NCBI GenBank assembly: GCA_030248215.1
Contig: JASANG010001128.1
Coordinates: 372,001-430,396, forward strand
Direction: 5' to 3'
Length of the DNA stretch: 58,396 nucleotides
Origin: Enoplolaimus lenunculus
Lineage: Eukaryota
Below the pieces are notes generated by a model. The model did no database searches. It had not been told where the DNA came from and saw only the letters and a program-made list of their open reading frames with translations. The position numbers were made by a program, and so were the translations under genes. Positions 33,854 through 46,016 of this stretch are shown here, piece by piece (within the stretch, counting starts at the first letter, position 1; every line of letters begins with the position of its first letter).

Positions 33854-35023
33854 CTATGCTTTGCGGATCGGAATTATTTTCAAGACAACTTCACCGCGCT
33901 CGTTCTCTTCATAAATCGTGTGTACACCGTGAAGGAGTGTGAAGCTGAACCGTGCAACCTAAAAAGAATCTGTTTCCAGTTGAAAGATAAAGGAGATGTA
34001 CTATACCATGCGCAGTTTGTGAGGACCAGTAGAAAATAGTTCAAGGGTGTTATAAATATTAATAGCACAAGCTGAACATAAATATATATACTATATGTAG
34101 CAGTGGTGTGATCGTTTACAATTGTGAACAGTAACTGAGAGCGAACAAACAATGAGAGTTATCTAGGATGTAGCTTTCGGTAATATAGCTAACGATTCAT
34201 TCCAGTTATTTGTGAGCAAAAATATAATCACTACAGTTTTGATCTGTGGTTTGTGTAGCTGGCAGGCAGAATATACATTTCATCGCTTTCTTTTACTTAC
34301 AGAGCCATCTCCGAAATCTATTTCCAATTCCCCAGTGGAGGTGTTGCGCACTCTGGCAGACATTTGTGGCTGTGTTGCTGCGGAGATCCACCCAGGCCCC
34401 ACTCGACCTGCATAAAATTATTGTGTATTTTGTCTTTCGTCTGTGACACGTCTCTCGTCGGAGATAAGAGCATCCATCTGATAATACGAATTTAACAATC
34501 AACATAGTCCACTTAACACCAAGTATAAGTAAATGTGATTCTCTTTACAAGACAGTTGAAATAAGATAATAATTTCTTAGCACGTTACTATTTAGACTAT
34601 TTGCAAGAGATTTTCAGTAGGACTGTTTGATATTTGTCGAACATATATGATTAAAAAGGTAAAAAATATAACTAGGTGAACTGTATATTTACTTCAATCC
34701 AAAGAATTTCATAATCAGTTTCATTAAGCACTTCGTTACTTGTGACATTACTTGCCTGTTTCTTTTCCTGGGATAAGCACTTCTCCGACATTGTTTCTGT
34801 TTCCATAGTCTGCTCTTTCTAGGTCTTCAGCTTCATTGTTGCAAATCGCTTTGAAACAACTGATTTTCAGTTTAATATGAAGTGGAAAAACTGCTAATGA
34901 GCTTAAATTTATTTTTGTGTACTGTAGCTATTCTCACGATGGCAGGTTTTAATGTACAAGTAAGCGTAAACCTACTTCTTCAACAAGTACAACATGTGGG
35001 GAATCGTTAGCCGGTGGAGTTAC
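33854..35023 (-). CDS. 3' exons of an unknown spliced host gene (missed by the ORF track); 5' exons unresolved
   Basis: Phase-compatible exons give VTPPANDSPHVVLVEEV|VFPLHIKLKISCFKAIC...LIPGKET|GRVGPGWISAATQ...IDFGDGS|VARFSFTLLHGVHTIYEENERGEVVLKIIPIRKA*. One GC-AG intron is required. Confidence 0.55.
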
Positions 35024-36819
35024 CTGAAATGTTATGTACGAAAATGCGCAAATAAATAAAAAGTTCTGTAGTATACTGTAGAATATCATACAAAATTGGA
35101 TATATGTGTGGATCGTTTAATACAGAACACCACTTTCATTCGTTTAACCCTTAACTCCTTATATATGTATAGAACGATGCTTACAATGTGTTTTGCAAAT
35201 TTCCCTATACAATATACTAATTGACCGTCCGTTACCACCACATGATGAAATAACCGCGCAAATCACTTACTAAGTTAATAACTTCAACCTCAATTAACAC
35301 ATCTTCATTTTGTCTCTGTTCAAATTGCGATGCCTATAAAAACAAATATCTCCCATACTACATCAATATCGCTAACCGAATCCTATGAAAAGTACTTAAT
35401 TAAAAACCATAATGAAAACAATATGAAAACTTGGAAGAAAGCCTGCTTACTGGCATATCACAAATCTCAGAGGGGTTTACTTACTTATGTGAATATCAGT
35501 TTAGTTATACCATATTGTATGTTTCAAAAACAAATTTCATAGGCAAATAAAGTTTTGGCGTTTAAGTGAAAACTAAATACATTTCATCCACCAGTGTGAT
35601 ATATACGTATAATTTCAACCTACAAAACCCATACTGTTCAAAGGGAAAACGGTTTTCGGATGGTGTAGTCGTCTTTCATTTAGTTGAGAATTCAGTTAGT
35701 TCCACTATACTTTCATAAATTTTATGTGCGGTGATCTGAATTCATTGCAAATAGGGTACTCAACTTACCATGACAAAAGTGTAATATATTTTGGTTGCAG
35801 TTATTATACTACGAAATGTAAATATATCCGCTTATTTAGTTTATAACAATCAAAACACTGCAATTCGCAAAAAAATATTGTGGATTTCAATTAAACGCTA
35901 TCAGAAACATGCTTATGATTTGATTCAGCGAATGAAGTTTTAAAATTGCTCTTTTCCCTACGCTAGCTCGAAACTTCTTTTGACCCACGGACGACAAACC
36001 ATATTTGAATCATACAACTATAGACCGTGAACCTTATTCGCTTAGGGAAATAAATTCTAAGAAATCTGAAGTGAGCAACAAAACTAAATTCACACTTAAC
36101 CACAGTCAACCGTTATATAAACAAAATCATATAAATACTGCGCTGTAGAGTTAAAATCACTATATTTCACTTGGCTGATCGGTGATTGATGAGATTCCAT
36201 GAGTTAGATTCTAGTCGCGTTTACGCAATAATAATAATAATAATCAAACGACCATATGCCGGCTAAATTTAACAGTACGTTGATGTGCAGTATAAGTTAA
36301 TATTCATACTTTACCATACTTACCGTTAAAAGACTTCAGACACCGTTTCTAGATATATCCCGCTGTTAGAAAATTAATAAATTTTAGGTTGTCTGAAAAA
36401 TTAAATATCACGTCTTGGTTTTCTCTAATAATCACTCAAAATATAGTATTCGATCTGAACCTTGTGTTGTATTATTTTAATGACATATGTTCTATCGTTC
36501 GGTATCTTCTAAAAGTGTACAATTCTTCCGCTTCATGAATTTTGGTATTAATGAGAAAATATGGCGTGCTATCTCGGGTGATTGCGTTTAAATGTCTTAT
36601 ACGCCATAAGCTACTGCTACTTGAATTATAACATGTCAACGTTGAAGATCCATGTTCACCTCTCACACGGCTCCCGTGCACTTGACTTTGCCAATTGTGT
36701 AACCTTTTGCCTATAATAAATTTTTTAAAGTGTTACCTGCAAAAAATATCAAAGAAAAATTATCTGCAATTTCACAGGAAGCTAGGTTCTGGTAAAATCG
36801 CCAACTCCAGTTGTATGCC

Positions 36820-37435
36820 CCATAAAACACATACACTTATACATAAACACACATAAGCCTAAATAACACACACATACATACACAAACACACATAAACCTA
36901 AATAACACATGCACACGCACATACATCAACACACATTCCCTGAATAACATTCATACATACACAACCGCACAAAATACATGCACACACATACATACATCAA
37001 CACACGTAACATACGTATAAAAACATACATACATAAACACACATTACCCCAAATAACACAAACACGTACATACACAGGCATAAGCTTAAATAACACACAA
37101 ATACACACATTACCCCAAATAACACAAACACACATACATACATACACACACATAAGCCTAAATAACACACACATACATACACACATTACCCCAAATAACA
37201 CATACACACATACATACATACACACATAAGCCTAAATAACACATACACACATACATACATAAACACACATAAGCCTAAATAACACACATACATACATACA
37301 CATTACCCCAAATAACACATACACACATACATACATACACACATAAGCCTAAATAACACATACACACATACATACATAAACACACATTACCCCAAATAAC
37401 ACATACACACATATATACAAACACACACATTACCT
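36820..37435. repeat. CA/CATA-rich minisatellite (~36-40-bp units)
   Basis: Recurrent ACACACATAAGCCTAAATAACAC and ACATTACCCCAAATAACAC units. Confidence 0.9.
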
Positions 37436-37502
37436 ACCATATATATTTATATCTACAACATTGGCACCCGGCACCCTGGGATCGTACGTGCCCTCCTATA
37501 CT

Positions 37503-37656
37503 ACTGTTGTCGTCGTCGTCGTTGTTGGTGTTGTTGGTGTTGTTGTTGGTGTTGTTGATGTTGTTGTTGTTGTTGTGGTTGTTGTTGTTGTTGTTGTTGT
37601 GGTTGTTGTCGTCGTCGTCGTCGTTGTTGTTTTTATTACTGTTGTAGTTATTGTTG
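37503..37656. repeat. (GTT)n/(GTC)n microsatellite
   Basis: Seen directly in the sequence. Confidence 0.95.
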
Positions 37657-37663
37657 GTCGTAG

Positions 37664-38011
37664 CAAGAGTGGATGATGTTCACCTTGCAGAAGAGTGTGC
37701 AACTGCTTGGGCTGTGCATGGTACTAAATGTACCAGCACGCCAATCAAGGGGGGTTTATTAACAATAAAGTATGCTTCAATACACCTACCCCCATCTCAT
37801 TTAAGGGGGGGTCAACTATGTTCTTTAATTACAATTGCATGTATGACTATATTAACACAATAATTTTTCTACAATGTAAAGCTGCATACAGACCCCCCCC
37901 CTAAACAAAGGGAAGTAGGCCAAAAACGCAACGCGTGCCGGGCACATACTTTAATACACAGAATGTACCCAGTTGCACACTCTTGTTATAAAAAGTGATC
38001 ATCCACTCTTG
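37664..38011. mobile_element. MITE with CA...TG termini and 7-bp TSD (P-superfamily-like)
   Basis: TIR CAAGAGTGGATGAT/ATCATCCACTCTTG; inner AGAGTGTGCAACTG/CAGTTGCACACTCT; flanks GTCGTAG/GTCGTAC. Confidence 0.75.
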
Positions 38012-38772
38012 GTCGTACTAATGGTGAATCGTCAACTAATCGCTGTGACCAGTGCCAACGTCACCACATCCAACGAATACTGATACAGAATTTCGAGTCA
38101 GAGGTCCGTATCACCACATTGTTTCATTTGCTGAGACGGTGTTGGACCCAAAATGAGCTGGTGTTTCATAGTTTGGGAAGTATTTGACCCTGGCACCACT
38201 TTGGTTGAAGACTGGGTGATGCTGTTACTTTATACGCCGCGATATTTTGGTGACGACGCCGATCTGATCCTTGCAAGAAACGCACCTGACGTTTCCTATT
38301 AATAAGCTTACTCTATTGCAGTCCCGCAGAAAAACGTTCCGCCCCTGATCTTTTACATTGGCCGTGTTGTCTCCTGCTCACGCTGATGGACCTGCCTTTA
38401 TTTTGCAGCTTCATTGGTTCATTGTCGGGTATTCCACAGTGACCAGGTACCTATTGATTCGGCGATTGGATTCACTCTTATTAGACATCGCAGGGAACAC
38501 ATATCAGTTCCAGACAGTCCATTTGCCTGTAGATTCTTTATTGAAACCCTTCTGTCCGTGCAGACTGTCGCAGAATTAATTGAGTTAAAGACTCAGTTTA
38601 TCCACAGTTCAAGTGTTTTGACTTCTGTTACGAAGGTTGACGTAAAACTACAGACCTTGCGGTTGAGTATTTCAATTTACGAAGCGATTAGACTGGATCC
38701 GACGTGATGATGACAGCGCTTCCGCCATTCAACAAGCCTTCCAACGCTAAGAAATTCAGTGTAGCCTAATCT

Positions 38773-38982
38773 GACCAATGTATAGAACAGGGCCGGAACA
38801 GTAGTATAAGCATATTCCTAAGCTTATGCCTACGCCTAAGCCTAAAGCGTAAGGATGAGACTATTCCTAAGCTTAAGCCTAAGCCTAAGCCTAAGGCTAA
38901 GCCTAAAAGTTAGTATAAAGCTTAGACTTACTCTATTACAGCCCCGCAGGAAAACGCTCCGGCCCTGTTCTATACATGGGTC
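38773..38982. mobile_element. MITE (same family as 11042-11214) with TAAGCC array
   Basis: TIR GACCAATGTATAGAACAGGGCCGGA/TCCGGCCCTGTTCTATACATGGGTC; TSD CCTAATCT/CCTAAGCT. Confidence 0.85.
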
Positions 38983-39149
38983 CCTAAGCTACTAGTCATA
39001 GGTGGTATCAATTAGATGTTTCAATCTATTGGAGTACTAGAAATTCGGCCTGTTTTAAAATCTTTAGTGTTCGATTTGGGCAGCCATCCAGCTTTCTAAC
39101 GGCCGTCGGCCGTTGCCGATAAACAGTGCTTCAAGCTACAGCGAAATGT

Positions 39150-39410
39150 CCACACTGAAAATTCCAATGAGTTTATTAATCAACTCGGACGAATAGTCAG
39201 ATATTTATGAGTTAATAAAAGTTAACTTTAACTCACTATGAGTTGAGCTGATTCTCACTCTCTGAGTTGCGTTGATTCCGGGGGAGTTTGTTAATTAAAT
39301 CAAAATGAGTTGAATCAACTCAGAATTATGAGTTCGGATAGTCCTAACTCAGACTGAGAGTGATTCAACTCATTCTGAGTTAAAATCAACTCACTGGAAT
39401 TTACACTGCA
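39150..39410. repeat. MITE-like element rich in GAGTT/AACTC motifs
   Basis: Imperfect inverted ends AAATTCCAATGAGTT / AACTCACTGGAATTT and many internal GAGTT/AACTC copies. Confidence 0.5.
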
Positions 39411-41533
39411 CCATGTTTACTTCACTCAAGTATAGCTACTCATCAAGCTTCAACTCTGTGATGCGTTGTGTTTATCGGTACATCGATGCCAAAAGCTACT
39501 ACGATGGACAAAACGGTAATTCTAAATTGTGTTAAAAGTATTTTGTCTCTCCAGAAATTTCGCTTGCAAGGCTAGATGTTCCTCCTATATCCCTCTCTTT
39601 TCTTGACAATGGTCATTCTGTATATATAGTTGCTGTAGTGACCCGAATTAAAGCGGAAGGGTATCCATTTTGAGTCCCATAAGAGTCTGTATCCCTAATA
39701 AGAGTCCTAAGCGGGTAGAGCCTCTAATTCCTATTAGAGTCCCATAAATATCAATTATCCGTAACTGTAGTGCGTTAATGACTCCAGGACCAAATAAAAT
39801 TGAGCTCGAAACTTTAAGGAGTACTTAAGTTTTGAAAATAAATTCCTAAGCAAAACTTTCCATTATTGCTCAAGTAAATAAACATTTAATCCAACGGATA
39901 GTTGCAATTGCGTATATATATCTGTAACGAAGGGCGGCGGAGGGCAGTTTAAAAATAAATAACATTCGTAACCGAATAACACGGGGTACCCTCTGCTGAT
40001 CTGTGTATATACTTGGCTAAATTTTTTATTCAAGATATTTCTTAACTAATTGCACTTAATGAGAGTTATGCAAAATATTTTATAAAAAACTGCGTTGTAC
40101 TCGCACGTGTACTTACGTTATATTGCGTTAACGCCGTAATAATACGCAATATTCACATAGCAAAAGCATAACAGGATTTCATCTCACGAGGGCATAACCC
40201 CAAGAAAAATGTTTTTTTTCACCCCTACGATGCAGAGGATTATTCTAAATCTTGCTCTATCAACTGTTTGTTCTTGCCTCTTTATCAATTTCGTAGGTAG
40301 CATACCGTCTCTACCAGTCTTGTTACATTACAGTCCCTGACTTGTTCGCAAAATTAAGGATGTATTTAATATTTTTAGGCGACCAAAAAATATATTTTCT
40401 TAACTTTAAAACAACGCTTAAAAGTAAATGAATAAAAAATTTTCAACGTTCTCGAATCGCTAATTAATCACTTTTTTGTTAAAACTGAAGCTAAAAACTT
40501 GCTATAAAGTTTTAAGTATTTTGTTCATTTTTGATAAAGTTTATTGATAAAATTCAAGTAAATACGTGTAAATATACCGGTTGTAGCAGTGCATGCTAGA
40601 GTTGCGTTATACTCGCGGCGAGCCGCTGGGCGGCGCTAGGCACCGCATGATAAATTATGTTTGTCAAAAATTGTCGCACGCCATATTAAAATAGACTTTT
40701 CCTATGTTTTAGCAACATATATCGGCCCGTGGCGGTGTCCGGCATTGTAAAGGATAGCGCAACCTTTACGCTGAGGGCTGTCCCATTGTTCCGGGACAAC
40801 AACAATTATAGGGGTACAGCGCACGTAAACCAACGCTCAAATCACTCCTATATATTTTTCATTCCATGTAAAGTTGTTAGGGGCGGAACTTTTTTCTGTG
40901 GGGTTTGAGAAGAGTGAGCTTAAACTTTAGACAATTTTTTTGCTTAGCTTAGGCTTAAGCTTAGGCTTAAACTTAGGAATATGCTCATTCATACGCTTAG
41001 GCTTAGGCTTAGGCTTTAGCATTAGGCTTAGGCTTAAGCACCGTAGGTCACAAGTATATGACTCGGTTACAATACAAATTAAAAAATTTTGTGCTTTCGT
41101 TTCAATTTAGCGATATTACGCAAACAAATTTATCAATTTTTTGCGAGACACAACTATAAACTCTTTCCTTACGTCATTGTTTGCATACGTTAATTCATTT
41201 CAGTATATATGAATGAAGTATGAAGCAAATTGAAAATTTGCCTATCCATAGAAAAGTTCCGAAAAATAAGTTTACAAATGCCAGCTTTTCCATAAATTTT
41301 CAAGCCAAAAAATAACCAATGCCGAAAATAATGAACAATTCCACTGACAAAATACCACATTTAATACCGGAACCGGATAGTGAAAAATAGTCGGTTTTCC
41401 CTACGACGACCGCAAATCTGATTGAACCCTGAATAGGATACGCAAAAGAGCGCCTGATATCCATATGCGATAAAACATCAGATGTTCATAAATATTTCAG
41501 TTTTCAGGCGAAATTATATCAAAATAAATAATA

Positions 41534-42829
41534 ATGAAACAATTAAAGCTTACACAGCTACGCTTCATTGGACTTGCGATTTTCATATTGGAGGGTAAAC
41601 TATAATAATTATATAATTATTGACTTAAAATCGTTTCATATTAGGAATGTTACGGATGTGGATGTTTCAAAATTTTCTGATGTTTATGCGGATTTTTTGG
41701 CTTTCCAAAAGCGGACGCTTATGTTTTTCATCGTTTTCCAAGCTTCCAAATTTGGTCGTCATGAATACATCCGTTTTAATACACTGGCAAAAATGAATTT
41801 GAACATTTTTCACAAGAATATTTTACTACTTTGGCTAAGCCGCTGCCCAGCAAGCTTACAACACTGCTTAACGTTTCTTTGTGCAAATTTTTAAAATTCC
41901 ACAGAAAAAAATTTCAAAGGTACTGGGACATTCATGCCTTGTAAAACGCACAAATTTTATCCAACCAAATCAATCCTTTTTTCGTACTTTGCGTTGTATA
42001 AATGTTTCGGCCAGTGTAAAGAACAGGGGTGGAACAGTATTATAAGCATATTCCTAAGCCTAAGCCTAAGCGTAAGCCAAGGAAAAAATTGCCTAAAGCT
42101 GTTAAGCTTACTCTTTTCTAGTCCCACAGAAAAACGTTCCGCCCCTGATCTTTACTCAAAGCCGAATTTCTCTTGTTGCCAACTTAAGAAAGTTTCAAAA
42201 AATCCCTACGCCCTTGCAAGTTTAGTTTTAAACTTTTTCCTCATTTTTCAGTATTCCTCTTTGATTTGGTACAATGTGACGATTTCGGTTTACACAGTCG
42301 TATCCGCATCGGTGGTCACTCACGCGGCACGACCACTGGCGAGGGACACAAACAAACCGGGACGACTCACAAACAGGCTGGAACCGCCACCGAGATTCAA
42401 ACTCAACCCGGCCTCGGGTCACCTTTCGTCGGGATCATCCAACCAGTGCAACAAGGCGTCGCACCTGCAGTGGCACCAGGACAAAACCTTACAACACCTC
42501 AGGGCACAGGAGCCGGAACTGGTTTCTATCCGGAACTTGTCATGAATAACCGGGGCAGCGACCCAACCAGATACGTATACAATCCTTATTGGTTTGTGCC
42601 AGAGCTTAGTTCAGCAAGCGTTCAGCGTCGCGCGTTCCTTGGAAATCCTACAACGAATCCGTTCAACAATTTGGTTTACAATCCAGCGTTTGGAGCATTA
42701 TTTCCCGGTTTAATCGGAACCGGAGTTTCAAATATTAATCCGAAACTTCGCTCTAAACACAAGCATAAGCATGAGGCTCTGCCGTTGATCCGGTTACCGG
42801 ACGCTCCTGAAGAGAAGCCGATTCCTTAA
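41534..42829 (+). CDS. Two-exon secreted orphan protein (exons 41534-41594 and 42252-42829)
   Basis: A phase-1 GT-AG splice builds the signal peptide MKQLKLTQLRFIGLAIFILEVFLFDLVQC, followed by a G/T/P-rich mature region with two VYNP motifs. Confidence 0.7.
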
Positions 42830-43239
42830 AAGTTTACTATTTCAAAATGTTGTGATTTTCTATAATTATGACCAATGACCTATAGGAGACTGCGCCTAGT
42901 AAAGTATAAGATTAAATGAAAACCTACGGATGAACTTAAACATAAGCCTAATCCTAATCTAAACATAAGCTTCACAGTGGGAAAGCCGTCAGTCCCCCTT
43001 TAGTATAAGCTTCACAGTGCGTAAGTCGTCCGACCCCTGGTTTCCAAAAGTAGGATGTAACCATATATCCGTTTTCGGTAAAAGTCGGTGTCCGTTTCCG
43101 TTATAGAAATACCCTCAATTTCGAAATTTTTATAAAAATTTCGGCCCATGTTAACCTCGCTGCTGCCCTAAAATCCTACCATCCCATCACAAGAATTTGA
43201 AGTAAATATGGCTGAAGATGGGAGTTTGGTATTCTGTTG

Positions 43240-43990
43240 AATGTGCGATTTTGGGATTTCGGGAAATGGTCGAAGGTGGAATTTTGGGATATGGTCGAAG
43301 GTGTGATTTTGAGGCTTCGGGAAATGGTCGAACGTGTGATTGGGATTTTTTGATCCCGGCATGTGGTCGGTGAGATCTTTGGATATTGTCGAAAGTGGAA
43401 TTTTAGGATTTCGGGATGCGACCAAAGGTCGGTTCTTATGATTTCGGGATATAATCGTAGGTGGAATTCTCCTAAGCTCAATCCTAAACTTAAGCATAAA
43501 CGTAAGCCTAAGCATAAAGCATAAGATTTAGCCAATGGGTGAATTAGAAAGCCATGTTTAAACCAAAGCCTACTCCAAAAGCCTCAAGCCAATGCAATTT
43601 AGGATCTAATCCATGTTTAAACCAAAAACTATTCATAAAGCCTCTGCCTAACCCTAAGCCTATGCCATTTACGGTCTAACCTATGTTTACCTAATCCAAA
43701 GCCTGTTCCTAAAGCCAAAGCCAAAACCTAAGCACAAGCCTAAGCCTAATCTTAAGCTTTTTAAGCCTGTAAGCCTAACTCGTAGGCTAAGTCAAAGCCT
43801 AAAACGGTTAGGCTAAGGCACCTCTAAAGTCTATAAGCTTACGCCAGATCCTAGATCCTACGGCTATAAACTCCTAAACCTAAGCCTAAGACGGAGCCTT
43901 ACCTAATCCTAAACCTAAGACGGAACCTTGCCTAATCCTACACCTAATCTTTAGCCAATGGTTTGCCTAATCTTAAACCAAAGCCTAAGG
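43240..43990. repeat. ~25-30-bp minisatellite (GGGATTTCGGGAAATGGTCGAAGGTG) followed by a degenerate TAAGCC/TTAGGC array
   Basis: Seen directly in the sequence. Confidence 0.7.
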
Positions 43991-46016
43991 CATTGCTTGC
44001 AATGAATTCTATTGAAATCACAAAATCCCGAAATCTCTCAAATCCAGGGTGCTGACGGATAGTCAAAATAACGGAAACGGATAGTGATCAAAATAACAGA
44101 AACGGCAAACGGATATTGAAGTAAAAAATTTCAAAAACGTTTTGTATTTGAAATTTAGGCTTAAATTTTTACGACTTTTAGATGGATTTCGTAATTTTTA
44201 TTTCATTTCAAACAATTGCAGCATATCTGTAACCAAAAATTGCGAGATATTATATACGTGATTTATAACTAATTTTGAACGTAAAAAATAACAGAATTTC
44301 CTTTATTTATATAAAGGAAACGGACACCGATTTTCACCAGAAACGGATATTCGAGTACACCCTGCCAAAATCCCATCACAAACAAAAGCTATCAACGTTT
44401 TAGTTGGAACGGTGGGTGGGCTTTTGGGTCGGCAGCAAAGCATACATGGGTCAAAATTTCCGTGTATTTACCAAATAGCAGGTAGCACGTTAACATTAAG
44501 TCCCCATATTGCTTTCCTATTTTCCAAAATCTTTAGAGTATAGATGTGCGTTTGACTTCGTTTGACACAATTTTGAGCAATAAATTATCGCTAAAAATTT
44601 CTGGCAACACGTTTTAGATATTGCGGAAGGCCCACACGGCCGTTTCTACAGGCATCAATTTGGAGTTTTACTTTGTTTTTAATCTTTTGGTTCATCCTAC
44701 TTTACGGATCAACCCGTTTTCTGGGGGGACTGCAATGCTTAGAATTACTTAGCGGGATCGGTTGGGAAATACGAGAAACGCTTTCCAACCCATCGGTTTA
44801 CGGCGTATGCATTATACGTATGTTAGCGTCGCAAACCTACGGTATATATAGAAATTGTAGAGAAAAGTTTGCATGGTAGCGCATACTTCAGTGATTATAG
44901 CAGCGGACGGTAATCCGTACCTCGTATGTTCGCATTCACCGCATCTGCAACAAAATTTGCGCGAAGGGCTCTGTATGATATTGCTTAGCTTAGAATTATT
45001 TATCAAGATGCGCTTACCACTGGCTTAAAAAGTATAGCGGATTAACAAAAAACATTAGTTATATATGTATAAACAAACTTAATTGTATATATTTAAAATT
45101 ATGGTGTGAAATAAAATAAATTTGAAAGAGAAATTAAATTTTACTTAATTCCGCAAAATATGATATTGACAGATAGAAAACAAAAAGTTTCAACGAAGTT
45201 TTATACAAATATTACGGAAGATGTCTAAGGGTACTATTCACTACACTCGATGGTCACTCGATGGAAGAGTTGCATCCGGGCCCGGAATTTTAGATATTTG
45301 ACCGAATAATTCCGGCCTGGGTACTTATTTTTAAATGGCCCAACTCTACTCGACAGACCGAGCACCGCCAAACGCTGTCACGCTGTGTTCAGGAAATAAT
45401 GCCTGTATGACGTTAATCGACGCACGCAGTCGCTGTCACCAATCGCATTTTAAAATTACTATTAATTGTAACGTCGTACAGCACCAAAAGGTTGGCAGGG
45501 ACTAATCGAAGTATATAGCAACCCTTACGGAGTCTTCACCCTTACAGAGTCTTCAGGTGACGTACATGCACAATCTGTCTTGAACGTAAATACTGAAATC
45601 ACTACAAACCGACACGACTTTTGTACGCTTAGCTCAACGTTTACGTTAGACAAAGCTTACTCATGCGAAAGCATAAGCTTAACACTTTGCCGAAACTTAC
45701 GCTTAAGTGTTCCCCGATACATACGACTTAGCCTAAAACGTAAAAGGAAAGTACACATGAGCCATCAATTATTCTTCCAGTCCATGGACGCGGCCAGAGT
45801 TTTGAAAAGACAAGTGGGTTACGTTTTACAAAAAATTCAAAAGAGCCTGGGTTCTTGTGTTGCAAACTGAAACCGTGTCTAAAATCCCTGCACAAAATTC
45901 CAAAGGAAGGTTCGAGCCCTGACACCTTGGCTACGCCCTTGGTCTCTAGGCCGTAAGAATATCCGGATACTTTCAGTACACGCTGGCATTCCAGATACTT
46001 TCAGTACACACCGGCC

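Noticed and set aside
36926..37702. Cys/Val-rich, His/Thr-rich, poly-Val and poly-Thr ORFs
   Set aside because: Artefacts of the CA-rich minisatellite and the (GTT)n microsatellite.
38020..38760. Coding-like GC-richer segment (ORFs 38358-38579 and 38414-38707)
   Set aside because: No recognisable motif and stops interrupt the alternative frames; cannot be supported without expression data.
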